Source: Bacteroidaceae bacterium (GTDB taxonomy: Bacteria; Bacteroidota; Bacteroidia; Bacteroidales; Bacteroidaceae). Taken from it: a stretch of DNA of 64,000 bases. The stretch is taken from positions 44,469-108,468 of the forward strand of contig JAFXEF010000045.1 of the NCBI GenBank assembly GCA_017520935.1, given 5' to 3'. The notes beneath the pieces were generated by a model. It worked only from the letters and a program-made list of their open reading frames with translations. It had not been told where the DNA came from and did no database searches. Position 1 is the stretch's first letter. Each line of letters starts with the position of its first letter. Positions 36,619 through 45,904 of the stretch are shown here, piece by piece. Position numbers and translations under genes: made by a program.

Positions 36619-38100
36619 TTAATCTCTTCTGAATATATCTCTTGTATAGACCTTATCCTGAACATCATCAAGCACAGCATCGTAGCGATTGGCTATGATG
36701 GCCTGTGACTGACGTTTGAATTCAGCTAAATCATTCACTACACGACTGCCAAAGAAGGTGGTACCGTCGGGCAAGGTGGGTTCGTAGATGATGACCTCGG
36801 CTCCCTTGGCCTTAACGCGCTTCATGACACCCTGGATGGAGCTTTGACGGAAGTTGTCGGAGTTGGACTTCATGGTGAGGCGGTAAACGCCGACGACAGG
36901 AATGGAGGCCTCCCCCCTACCCCTCCCAAAGAGGGGTGATTCAGACATTGCCGAAGCTTTCCCGTTACTCACAACTGAATCATATTGATTACTCTCGGTA
37001 TAACCATACCAACCAGCCATGCGGAGCACCTGGTCGGCAATGAAGTCCTTACGGGTGCGGTTGCTCTCTACGATAGCAGTCATCATATTCTGAGGCACAT
37101 CCTGATAGTTGGCAAGGAGTTGCTTGGTGTCCTTGGGAAGGCAATAACCGCCATAACCGAAGGAGGGATTGTTGTAATGGTCGCCAATGCGTGGGTCAAG
37201 ACCGACACCACGGATGATAGCGGCTGAGTCAAGTCCCTTGACCTCAGCATAGGTATCGAGCTCATTGAAATAGCTGACACGAAGAGCCAAGTAGGTGTTG
37301 GCAAAGAGCTTCACGGCCTCGGCCTCCTTCAACTCCATGAACAGCAAAGGGATGCCCTTGCTGAATTCTGAATTATCCTCTTCGCACTTCGTTTGAAACT
37401 CCCTCCGCTCCACTATCGTTCCGCTCGTCCCTCTATAAACAGAGGGACAGTCTTCTCCATTACCGATGGCTCCTTGGACTAAGAGGTGGGCAAAGGTGCG
37501 AGCAGCTTCTTCGAGGTGGTTGCCTGCAATCTGCTTGATGGCTTCTTGCTCCTCATCGGAACATTTCGCAAGCTTGGGATAGCCTACGATGATACGTGAA
37601 GGATAGAGGTTATCGTAGAGTGCCTTGCTCTCTCGCAAGAACTCGGGAGAGAAGAGAAGACGGAGCTTGCGAGTGGTGTCGTAGCCACGTTCACGGAATA
37701 GGCGAGCATACTTGACATACAAACTGCGGCAGTAGCCTACGGGGATGGTGCTCTTGATGACCATCGTGGCCTCGGAGCCACAGCCGATCACCGTATTGAT
37801 GACGTTCTCTACGGCAGAGGTGTCGAAGAAGTTCTTATGACTGTCGTAGTTGGTGGGAGCCGCGATGATGATGAAGTCGGCATCACGGTAGGCAGCCTCG
37901 GCATCGAGGGTAGCCACTAAGTTCAAATCTTTTTCAGCAAAATACTTCTCTATGTATTCGTCCTGGATGGGCGATACCCGGCGGTTGATCATATCGACCT
38001 TCTCAGGGATAATGTCTACCGCCACCACCTCATTGTGTTGAGCCAATAGAGTGGCCATACTGAGACCGACATATCCTGTTCCTGCTATGGCAATTTTCAT
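36619..38100 (-). CDS. ugd: UDP-glucose 6-dehydrogenase
   Basis: It has [22 protein letters not shown] and [18 protein letters not shown]. It is 493 aa, against roughly 440 expected, with two low-complexity inserts. Confidence 0.9.
   Translation of the reverse strand: MKIAIAGTGYVGLSMATLLAQHNEVVAVDIIPEKVDMINRRVSPIQDEYIEKYFAEKDLNLVATLDAEAAYRDADFIIIAAPTNYDSHKNFFDTSAVENVINTVIGCGSEATMVIKSTIPVGYCRSLYVKYARLFRERGYDTTRKLRLLFSPEFLRESKALYDNLYPSRIIVGYPKLAKCSDEEQEAIKQIAGNHLEEAARTFAHLLVQGAIGNGEDCPSVYRGTSGTIVERREFQTKCEEDNSEFSKGIPLLFMELKEAEAVKLFANTYLALRVSYFNELDTYAEVKGLDSAAIIRGVGLDPRIGDHYNNPSFGYGGYCLPKDTKQLLANYQDVPQNMMTAIVESNRTRKDFIADQVLRMAGWYGYTESNQYDSVVSNGKASAMSESPLFGRGRGEASIPVVGVYRLTMKSNSDNFRQSSIQGVMKRVKAKGAEVIIYEPTLPDGTTFFGSRVVNDLAEFKRQSQAIIANRYDAVLDDVQDKVYTRDIFRRD
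36919..36937. repeat. GC-rich hairpin ACCCCTC-CCAAA-GAGGGGT inside ugd
   Basis: A 7-bp stem read directly from the sequence. It lies within the insert encoding [12 protein letters not shown]. Confidence 0.75.
37427..37448. repeat. Hairpin GTCCCTCT-ATAAAC-AGAGGGAC inside ugd
   Basis: A perfect 8-bp stem within the insert encoding [21 protein letters not shown]. Confidence 0.75.
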
Positions 38101-38153
38101 AGTTTTTTTGTTTAGAGTGTAGAGTGTAAGGTTTAGAGTTTAAGGTGTAGGAG
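38101..38153. repeat. Stutter tract forming a G-free leader 5' of ugd
   Basis: The plus strand at 38101-38153 lacks C (agtttttttgtttagagtgtagagtgtaaggtttagagtttaaggtgtaggag). Confidence 0.8.
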
Positions 38154-38191
38154 CACTTCTAACTATTAAAATCTCACCTAAATGTCACAAT

Positions 38192-39439
38192 CTATTCTCT
38201 TCTGATATGCAGTGTGAAGGCTTCGGGGTGATGTTCCACGAATGCATTGGCATCGGTGACTACCAGTGCGAGGTAACCGCCACCACCGGCACCGGGCATC
38301 TTCAAAGCCAGGACATCGTCTAAAGCACTATAGTGGTCAATGGCCTCGGCAATATAACTGCCATCCTGCTCGGGATGGCCAATGTAGGTGGGTGTCACCA
38401 TACCGGGGAACATGGCAACCTGAGCCTCGAAAGAGGCACGGTAGGCAGCTGCAAAGGCTGTGAGGTCACGGGCAAGGATGGCATGCCAGCAGGCATCGGC
38501 TGCATCGGCAAGGGTCTTTACCTTAGCAGGGGTAATATCCTTATCCTCCACCACGGAACAGCCGGGCTTACGGGGTTCGAGGGGTAGCATCACGAGATGC
38601 TCTTCGAGAAAGCGAAGGGTCATCTCATCGGTGGTGTTCTCTATCTTCTTGGGCCAGAAATTGTTGTCGTAGTAGTGACGGCAGAGGCCAGGGACACAGA
38701 TACCGATGGAGTCCTGTGCGCCAGAAATATGTCCGTCCTCACGTTCGGGGTTGTTCTCGAAGCAGAAGACGAGGCGGGCCAACATCTCAGGTTCCATCTT
38801 CGGCAGTTTCATGGGCCAAATCTTCTGAATCATCTTGCGGGTACTGGTGCTGAGACCACAACGGTCGCGCACCTCAAAGGTGGGCTCCAACGAGATGGTT
38901 AGTGCCCAGCCGGGATGGTAGATGCTGACGTAGGGTTGGTCGATCCAGGTGCCGGCAAGGTCGAGACGGGTAGGTAGGCCTGTGAACTGTGAGCCATGGG
39001 CTGTGGGCTGTGGGCTTTCCTGTTGAGTGCTCAGTGCGGCTTTGAGGGAGCTGGAGCTGCGAGCCTGCAGTCCCTCGTGGGGAGTACGTTGGAGCTCAAT
39101 ATATTGGATACCCCGTTCCTCGCAGAGCTGACGCTTGGCCGGGCTGCCACCTTCGGCATTGACGACGAAGATATCGGGCTGTACGATATCGAGGGTGGGA
39201 ATAAAGTCGATGACTCCACTGCCCTCGTTGATATAGGCTTCCTTGACGGCCTTAATGTTGCGCACCATGAACAGACGTTCCTCCTGAGGGAACATGGGCT
39301 TACGGTGCTTGTATTCCAAGTAGGTGGCATCGGAACCGATACCTACATACAGCTCGCCAAACTGGGAGGCCTGCTGGAAGAACTCCACGTGACCGCTATG
39401 GAGGAGGTCGTAACAACCCGAGACGAAAACCTTTTTCAT
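38192..39439 (-). CDS. Bifunctional cytidylyltransferase-like / GHMP-kinase-like protein
   Basis: The N-terminus VFVSGCYDLLHSGHVEFF carries the HxGH nucleotidyltransferase motif. The C-terminal KMPGAGGGGYLALV resembles GHMP kinase motif 3. The domains are joined by a low-complexity linker SSSSLKAALSTQQESPQPTAHGSQ encoded by a stutter (38983-39015). Confidence 0.6.
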   Translation of the reverse strand: MKKVFVSGCYDLLHSGHVEFFQQASQFGELYVGIGSDATYLEYKHRKPMFPQEERLFMVRNIKAVKEAYINEGSGVIDFIPTLDIVQPDIFVVNAEGGSPAKRQLCEERGIQYIELQRTPHEGLQARSSSSLKAALSTQQESPQPTAHGSQFTGLPTRLDLAGTWIDQPYVSIYHPGWALTISLEPTFEVRDRCGLSTSTRKMIQKIWPMKLPKMEPEMLARLVFCFENNPEREDGHISGAQDSIGICVPGLCRHYYDNNFWPKKIENTTDEMTLRFLEEHLVMLPLEPRKPGCSVVEDKDITPAKVKTLADAADACWHAILARDLTAFAAAYRASFEAQVAMFPGMVTPTYIGHPEQDGSYIAEAIDHYSALDDVLALKMPGAGGGGYLALVVTDANAFVEHHPEAFTLHIRRE

Positions 39440-39485
39440 TCTTGTTTAGTGTTTAGGGTGTAGTTCTTCCCACGATTTATGCACA

Positions 39486-40376
39486 TCAATAATATACCTC
39501 CTTATCGGCACCCCAGGTGGTCTCGATAGTGAAGGTACCAGAGCCTTGAGACTTGAAGAAGGTACCGGTAGCAATGGTTCTCTGATTGGGGGCAAGAGGT
39601 ACGTTGTTGATGGTATGGCTAATGATTTCTGTGTCATCGGTAGCAATAGCAGTGGCTTCGACATTGACCGCTGTCACAGGATACATACCGATATAATATA
39701 TAGGTACATCTTTTGAGAGGTCAGCAACCGGAATTGTGCAAATCTGCTTCCACAGGTTTGACACAAGTCCTGAGGTGGGGTTGAGATCCAAAGAACCAGG
39801 CTCCAAGCCACTCGTATTCACAATCACCTGAATTTCCTTGACATTGGCAGGAGGGGTATCGGTGAGTCGAAGCACAAAGGCCGAGGTGACACGCGGAAGG
39901 GTCATACCGAGACTACAATCCTCACCCGAATTGACGGTCAGGTCCTGAACCTTGGCAAAGGTGTCGGTAAACGTGGAACCAGGAAGGATGACCGAGGTGG
40001 TGGACTGGACATCGGCATCGGAATCTCCACTGTGAGCTACAGCCACCATCTTGTAACTACCAGGATAGAGTTCCATCTCAACGGTGCCGAACGAGCCGTC
40101 AGCCGACTCCAGAGACATCACGGACTCAACTAAATTACCCTCCTTATCGAACACTGCGAACGACAGACGTGTGGCAGGTGCGTCAGCAGTTCGGGTAGCG
40201 GCACCGAAATCCTCGGCCGCAAGATGGAAAGGACGGACATCGACCAGCACACGTGACTTCTGCTCCACAGGCTCCTCTATGACGGATAGGGTGCAAGAAA
40301 CCAATGTAGACAAGCCCAAAAGCAAGGCAACCAACTTGGGGAAGGCAATGAATGCAAAGTGGTGGAATTTTGACAT
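39486..40376 (-). CDS. Lipoprotein of unknown function
   Basis: The signal peptide ends in a lipobox-like LVSC. The protein is 296 aa. Confidence 0.55.
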   Translation of the reverse strand: MSKFHHFAFIAFPKLVALLLGLSTLVSCTLSVIEEPVEQKSRVLVDVRPFHLAAEDFGAATRTADAPATRLSFAVFDKEGNLVESVMSLESADGSFGTVEMELYPGSYKMVAVAHSGDSDADVQSTTSVILPGSTFTDTFAKVQDLTVNSGEDCSLGMTLPRVTSAFVLRLTDTPPANVKEIQVIVNTSGLEPGSLDLNPTSGLVSNLWKQICTIPVADLSKDVPIYYIGMYPVTAVNVEATAIATDDTEIISHTINNVPLAPNQRTIATGTFFKSQGSGTFTIETTWGADKEVYY

Positions 40377-40432
40377 GATGGTAAAGATTATAATTTAGAA
40401 TCTGTTTGTTAAAGTATTCAAAAAAATAGTTT

Positions 40433-42340
40433 CTAATCCAATACCTCGTACTTAGAGCACTTGCTCTTGTACTCGGGAACAATCTCTTTCATGATCTTGA
40501 CAATGGCCATGTCATCGAAGGTGTGGGAGGCCTCGAAAAGACGGGATTCATTATGGCAGGCCACCTCGTAGTCGTACTCACGAACAGAGGCAATCATAAT
40601 CTTCGGATGGTGGGTGGGCTTGGTCTGCTCAGCATCGTTGAGCACCTCTTCGTAAAGTTTCTCGCCATCGCGAAGCCCCGTGAACTGAATTTCTATATTT
40701 TGTACTCCAGAGAGCTTGATCATACGCTTGGCGAGGTCGACGATTCGGACGGGAGCACCCATATCGAACACAAAGATCTCACCACCCTTACCCATGGTAC
40801 CGGCCTCAAGGACAAGCTTGCAGGCCTCGGGGATGAGCATAAAGAAACGGATAATATCAGGATGAGTAACGGTGATGGGACCACCCTTGCGTATCTGCTC
40901 CTTGAAGATGGGAATGACGGAGCCGTTGCTGCCAAGGACGTTACCGAAACGGGTAGTGACAAACTGGGTGACACCTTCGACACGGCCTTCAACAATGGCC
41001 TTGTTGAGCGACTGGCAATAAATCTCACAAATACGCTTGCTACACCCCATGACATTGGTGGGGTTGACAGCCTTGTCGGTGGAAATCATGACGAATTTTC
41101 GGGTGCCGTACTTGACTGCGAGGTCGGCTATCACGCGCGTACCATAAATGTTGTTTTGCACAGCGATACCAGGATTATCTTCCATCATGGGCACATGCTT
41201 GTAGGCAGCGGCATGGAACACGTAGTGCGGGCGATGGGCAGCGAAGATACGCTCCATGTGCTCGGCATTGGAGATGCTGCTGACAATGGTTTCGCACTGG
41301 ATATCGGGAAACTGGCGAGCCATCAGGAGACGCACATCATGCATGGGTGTCTCGGCCTGATCGATGAGAATCATGGCTGAAGGCTTGTAGACAGCTACCT
41401 GACGCGCCATCTCGGAACCGATAGAGCCTGCCGCACCGGTGATGAGGATAACCTGATCGTGAAGCTGGGTACCGATAGCATCCATATCGACCTCAATCTT
41501 CTCGCGAGGGAGCAGGTCTTCGATATCCACCTCACGGAGATTGCGGTGGGTCAGTTCAGAGCTGCCATCCCACTCCTCGGCAGACGGCATCATCATAATC
41601 TTGATACCAGCAGCCAAAAACTCATCAATCATGGCGGCATTCTGACGGAAGAGCTCACTCTTGAGAGGCGACACCAAAAGCGCCCTGACACCCAGACGCT
41701 TCATCGCATGAGCAATACCCTCACCATTGGTATAGATTCTCTTGCCCAGCAAAGTAACATTCTTCATCTCGGTGGTATCCGAGATAAAGGCCATGAGGCG
41801 ATATTCTTTGGTCTGGATAGCAGTGATACTGTTCGCCAGACTAACGCCACCAGCTTTCGTACCATAGATAGCAACAGGAACAGCTTCGTCGGCGCGGAAA
41901 TTATCAAATAGGAGTTTCACTATCAGTCGCTCAAGCCACAAAAGCAGTGTAGATACCAAAAACAGCACACACACTCCCAATAAGTCTGGCATGAGAACAG
42001 CATCAACAGAAGTCAGGAACAACGAAGCGACAAAGGTTAGTACCGATCCCAAGACAGTGGACAGCACCACTTGCTGCAAATCTACGAAAGAGGAGTAACG
42101 TATAATGCCCGAGTAGGTGCGAAACAGACGAAACGACACCAAGAACAGAACAATGCTAAGCAAGGCACCTACACTCATGGAGCCAAACGAATGAAGAAAT
42201 TCAGAACCACCTCTCTCAACGTAGCACCCTACATAATAACCAAAGAGAACGATAAGGCAATCCAATGCCAGCACACACCAATAAGGAAGTGCTCGCTTGG
42301 AAAAATACCAACTGGTAAGTCTCGACAATAATCTACCCAT
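40433..42340 (-). CDS. Membrane-bound polysaccharide biosynthesis protein, CapD/WbpM/PglF-like NDP-sugar 4,6-dehydratase
   Basis: It has four N-terminal TM helices, ILITGAAGSIGSE and YVFHAAAYKHVP. The protein is 635 aa. Confidence 0.85.
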   Translation of the reverse strand: MGRLLSRLTSWYFSKRALPYWCVLALDCLIVLFGYYVGCYVERGGSEFLHSFGSMSVGALLSIVLFLVSFRLFRTYSGIIRYSSFVDLQQVVLSTVLGSVLTFVASLFLTSVDAVLMPDLLGVCVLFLVSTLLLWLERLIVKLLFDNFRADEAVPVAIYGTKAGGVSLANSITAIQTKEYRLMAFISDTTEMKNVTLLGKRIYTNGEGIAHAMKRLGVRALLVSPLKSELFRQNAAMIDEFLAAGIKIMMMPSAEEWDGSSELTHRNLREVDIEDLLPREKIEVDMDAIGTQLHDQVILITGAAGSIGSEMARQVAVYKPSAMILIDQAETPMHDVRLLMARQFPDIQCETIVSSISNAEHMERIFAAHRPHYVFHAAAYKHVPMMEDNPGIAVQNNIYGTRVIADLAVKYGTRKFVMISTDKAVNPTNVMGCSKRICEIYCQSLNKAIVEGRVEGVTQFVTTRFGNVLGSNGSVIPIFKEQIRKGGPITVTHPDIIRFFMLIPEACKLVLEAGTMGKGGEIFVFDMGAPVRIVDLAKRMIKLSGVQNIEIQFTGLRDGEKLYEEVLNDAEQTKPTHHPKIMIASVREYDYEVACHNESRLFEASHTFDDMAIVKIMKEIVPEYKSKCSKYEVLD

Positions 42341-42474
42341 ACGCTATAGAATATTCTTTTGGTTCCTCGAAACAATCATAACAATCTTATTCCGAGCAAT
42401 TTACAGAAAATAGTCTCTAAATATGCACGTTTCATAAACGCCCTCCTTGCAGGAGGCAAACAACTAATTCAAAG

Positions 42475-42506
42475 CAAAGGTATGTGAAAAATATATAAAA
42501 GGCAAA
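42475..42506 (-). promoter_or_regulatory. Candidate promoter of the polysaccharide operon (-33 TTTG, -7 TAccTTTG)
   Basis: On the minus strand TTTG is at 42506-42503 and TACCTTTG at 42482-42475, 20 nt apart. It lies about 135 nt upstream of ATG 42340. A CCTCCT-TGC-AGGAGG hairpin (42442-42456) sits in the leader. Confidence 0.45.
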
Positions 42507-42630
42507 TTTTCATAGAATCTTTTTCTTCGGACATGCAAAAAGACCAAAATGGACAAACAAAAAACAGACACACTGCAGAGATAAATCAAAGGAAAGTATT
42601 AACTTCGCGCCATATTATCATATCAGAAGT

Positions 42631-43998
42631 ATGGCAAAGGAAAAAATCGCATACGTATGCACGGAATGTGGCTACGATTCGGCCAAATGGATGGGGCGAT
42701 GCCCATCGTGCGGTACATGGAACTCGATGAAGGAGCAGGTGGTACGTCCTGCGACTACCGACCGGCGGGCAGCACCGGGGTTTACCTTCGAGAAGACCCG
42801 TCCGCTGACACTGGCCGAGATAGCCACAGGCGAGGAGCCACGTATCGACATGCACGACGAGGAGCTGAACCGCGTGTTGGGTGGCGGACTGGTACCGGGG
42901 TCGTTGGTGCTGTTAGGAGGCGAGCCGGGCATCGGCAAAAGTACGCTGGTGTTGCAGACTATCCTACGCATGCCCGAGCAACGCATATTATATGTATCGG
43001 GTGAGGAGAGCGCACGCCAGCTGAAGTTGCGTGCCGACCGCATCCCCCACGATGACACCAACTGCCTCATCGTGTGCGAGACCTCGTTGGAGAAGATTTA
43101 CGCCCACATCAAGGAGACACAACCGAGCATCATCATCATTGACTCCATACAGACTATCAGCACGGAGACGGCAGAGTCGTCGCCCGGCAGCATCGTGCAG
43201 ATACGCGAATGTGCGGCCTCACTGCTCAAGTTTGTCAAGGAGAGCAACATCCCTGCCATACTCATCGGACATATCAACAAGGAGGGCAGCATAGCGGGAC
43301 CGAAGATATTGGAGCATATCGTCGATTGCGTGCTGCAGTTCGAGGGCGACCAGCACTATATGTACCGTATCTTACGAGGTATCAAGAACCGCTTCGGCAG
43401 CACGGCCGAGCTGGGCATCTACGAGATGCGTGGAGATGGCCTGCGGCAGGTGAGCAACCCATCGGAGCTGCTGCTCACCGATCGCCATGAGGGCATGAGC
43501 GGCATAGCCATAGCCTCGGCCATCGAGGGCATACGCCCCTTCCTCATCGAGACGCAGGCACTCGTGAGCACGGCTGCCTATGGTACACCGCAACGCTCGG
43601 CCACAGGATTCGACCTGCGAAGGATGAACATGCTGTTGGCGGTATTGGAGAAACGCGTGGGATTCAAGCTGGCACAGAAGGATGTGTTCCTCAACATTGC
43701 CGGTGGCCTTCGTGTGAACGACCCAGCCATAGACCTCAGCGTCATCAGCGCCATCCTATCGAGCAACATGGACACCGAGATAGAACCTACCGTATGTATG
43801 GCCGGTGAGGTGGGACTGTCGGGCGAGATACGTCCCGTGAGCCGTATAGAGCAACGCATTGCCGAGGCCGAGAAGTTAGGATTCAAGCAAATCATCATCC
43901 CCAAGCACAACATGCAGGGACTCGACACCAAGCGCTTCGGCATAGAGATATGTCCTGTGCGCAAGGTGGAGGAGGCGTTTAGGGTTCTGTTTGGATGA
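42631..43998 (+). CDS. radA: DNA repair protein RadA/Sms
   Basis: It has the N-terminal zinc ribbon YVCTECGYDSAKWMGRCPSCGTWNS, Walker A GGEPGIGKST and a Lon-like C-terminal domain. Confidence 0.95.
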   Translation: MAKEKIAYVCTECGYDSAKWMGRCPSCGTWNSMKEQVVRPATTDRRAAPGFTFEKTRPLTLAEIATGEEPRIDMHDEELNRVLGGGLVPGSLVLLGGEPGIGKSTLVLQTILRMPEQRILYVSGEESARQLKLRADRIPHDDTNCLIVCETSLEKIYAHIKETQPSIIIIDSIQTISTETAESSPGSIVQIRECAASLLKFVKESNIPAILIGHINKEGSIAGPKILEHIVDCVLQFEGDQHYMYRILRGIKNRFGSTAELGIYEMRGDGLRQVSNPSELLLTDRHEGMSGIAIASAIEGIRPFLIETQALVSTAAYGTPQRSATGFDLRRMNMLLAVLEKRVGFKLAQKDVFLNIAGGLRVNDPAIDLSVISAILSSNMDTEIEPTVCMAGEVGLSGEIRPVSRIEQRIAEAEKLGFKQIIIPKHNMQGLDTKRFGIEICPVRKVEEAFRVLFG

Positions 43999-44131
43999 AA
44001 GATGACAGTTGAAAGATAAAAGATGAAAGATGTAAAAGATGTAAAAGATGAAAGTTGGAAGGTGAACATATCTAAACACTAAACATCAAACACTAAACTC
44101 TAAACACTAAACACAATTAAACAAAACAAAA
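43996..44131. repeat. Two-part stutter tract: purine-rich GAAAGATG units then G-free CTAAACA units
   Basis: 43996-44064 reads gaaagatgacagttgaaagataaaagatgaaagatgtaaaagatgtaaaagatgaaagttggaagg. 44065-44131 has no G (aacatatctaaacactaaacatcaaacactaaactctaaacactaaacacaattaaacaaaacaaaa) and ends 4 nt before ATG 44136. Confidence 0.85.
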
Positions 44132-44135
44132 GGGA

Positions 44136-45767
44136 ATGATTCAAGAACTACAGCTACGGATTCTGCCAGAGCAGGCAGCCAATGAACAAAGCATAAAGCA
44201 ATATGTGGCTCGTGAGAAGGGACTGGATGTGCGCACTATACAGGCAGTGCGCACCCTGAAACGCAGTATTGATGCCCGCCAACGCACTGTCTTCGTGAAC
44301 CTCACAGTACGTATCTATATCAACGAACTACCCACCGACGACGAGTACACACAGACCTACTATCCGATGGTGGACGATGGACCTGCGGTGGTCGTGGTAG
44401 GAGCAGGGCCAGGCGGTCTGTTTGCCGCCCTGCGACTTATAGAGTTGGGATGCCGCCCCATCGTTGTGGAACGAGGAAAAGATGTACACACGCGCAAGCG
44501 CGACATTGCCCGCATATCGCGCGAGCATACAGTAGACCCGGAGAGCAACTACAGCTTCGGTGAGGGAGGTGCGGGAGCCTACTCGGACGGCAAGCTATAT
44601 ACACGTAGCAAGAAACGCGGCAACGTGGAGAAGATACTGAACGTATTTTGCCAACATGGGGCATCGACGACCATACTGAGTGATGCACACCCCCATATCG
44701 GTACGGACAAGCTGCCCCGTGTGATCGAGAACATGCGCGAGACGATACGTCGGTGTGGCGGTGAGGTGCACTTCGAGACACGCATGGACCGCCTCATCGT
44801 TGAGAAGGGACAAATCGTAGGCATAGAAACCCACAACGGCCGTACCTTCCGCGGTCCCGTCATCCTCGCCACGGGTCACTCGGCACGCGATGTGTACCGC
44901 CACCTTTGTGCTTCGGGAATAGATATCGAAGCCAAAGGCATTGCCGTGGGGGTACGCCTGGAGCACCCTGCCGAACTCATCGACCAGATACAGTACCATA
45001 ACAAGAACGGTCGTGGACGCTACCTTCCTGCTGCCGAGTACAGTTTCGTCACTCAAGTGGAGGGACGTGGCGTATACAGCTTCTGCATGTGTCCCGGCGG
45101 TGCCGTGGTGCCTGCCGCCAGCGGTCCCGAACAGATTGTGGTGAATGGCATGTCAGCCTCACATCGTGGCTCGCGTTGGAGCAACTCGGGTATGGTGGTG
45201 GAGATAAGACCTGAGGATATTGACAGCCTCACCCCGACCCTCTCCCAGGGAGAGGGAGACTCAGACCTCGCGGCTGCTCAGGATTCAGAATTCAAGGTTC
45301 AGAATTCCTTAAAGATGCTTCATTTTCAGGAAGAGCTGGAGCGACAATGCTGGATGCAGGGCAATCGCCGACAGACGGCACCTGCACAGCGTATGGTAGA
45401 CTTCACGCGCAAGAAGCTGTCGTATGACCTACCCTCCTCATCGTACTCGCCGGGGCTCATCTCCTCGCCCCTCCACTTCTGGATGCCAGAGTTCATCAGC
45501 AGCCGGTTGCAACGGGGTTTCGAGCACTTTGGACGCACCTCACGCGGATTCCTCACCAATGAAGCCACGGTGATAGGTGTGGAAACACGCACCTCGGCTC
45601 CTGTGCGCATCATCCGCGACCGCGACACCCTGCAGCATATCACCGTGAGCGGACTCTTCCCCTGTGGCGAAGGGGCGGGCTATGCAGGTGGTATCGTGTC
45701 GGCCGCCATCGATGGTGAGCGATGTGCGGAAGCAGCAGCGGAATATGTGAAAAGAATTGAGTATTGA
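44136..45767 (+). CDS. FAD-dependent oxidoreductase (COG2509-like)
   Basis: It has the dinucleotide-binding motif VVVVGAGPGGLFAALRL and a C-terminal GEGAGYAGGI. A low-complexity insert TLSQGEGDSDLAAAQDSEFKVQNS is present. Confidence 0.8.
   Translation: MIQELQLRILPEQAANEQSIKQYVAREKGLDVRTIQAVRTLKRSIDARQRTVFVNLTVRIYINELPTDDEYTQTYYPMVDDGPAVVVVGAGPGGLFAALRLIELGCRPIVVERGKDVHTRKRDIARISREHTVDPESNYSFGEGGAGAYSDGKLYTRSKKRGNVEKILNVFCQHGASTTILSDAHPHIGTDKLPRVIENMRETIRRCGGEVHFETRMDRLIVEKGQIVGIETHNGRTFRGPVILATGHSARDVYRHLCASGIDIEAKGIAVGVRLEHPAELIDQIQYHNKNGRGRYLPAAEYSFVTQVEGRGVYSFCMCPGGAVVPAASGPEQIVVNGMSASHRGSRWSNSGMVVEIRPEDIDSLTPTLSQGEGDSDLAAAQDSEFKVQNSLKMLHFQEELERQCWMQGNRRQTAPAQRMVDFTRKKLSYDLPSSSYSPGLISSPLHFWMPEFISSRLQRGFEHFGRTSRGFLTNEATVIGVETRTSAPVRIIRDRDTLQHITVSGLFPCGEGAGYAGGIVSAAIDGERCAEAAAEYVKRIEY
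45238..45256. repeat. Hairpin CCCTCTCC-CAG-GGAGAGGG inside the oxidoreductase CDS
   Basis: A perfect 8-bp stem, followed by the stutter gattcagaattcaaggttcagaattcc. Confidence 0.75.
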
Positions 45768-45852
45768 AAACTTAAATCTACTCAAAAACGACCCTCAACC
45801 AAACTTGAAATAAAAACCAAACAGCTTCTTATCAATTTACAATAAATATTCG

Positions 45853-45860
45853 TACCTTTG
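45853..45860 (+). promoter_or_regulatory. Candidate -7 box TAccTTTG
   Basis: It lies 44 nt upstream of ATG 45905. Confidence 0.4.
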
Positions 45861-45904
45861 CCCAAACTTTTACAAACGGCACTAAACAGATACATCATAA
45901 CAAC

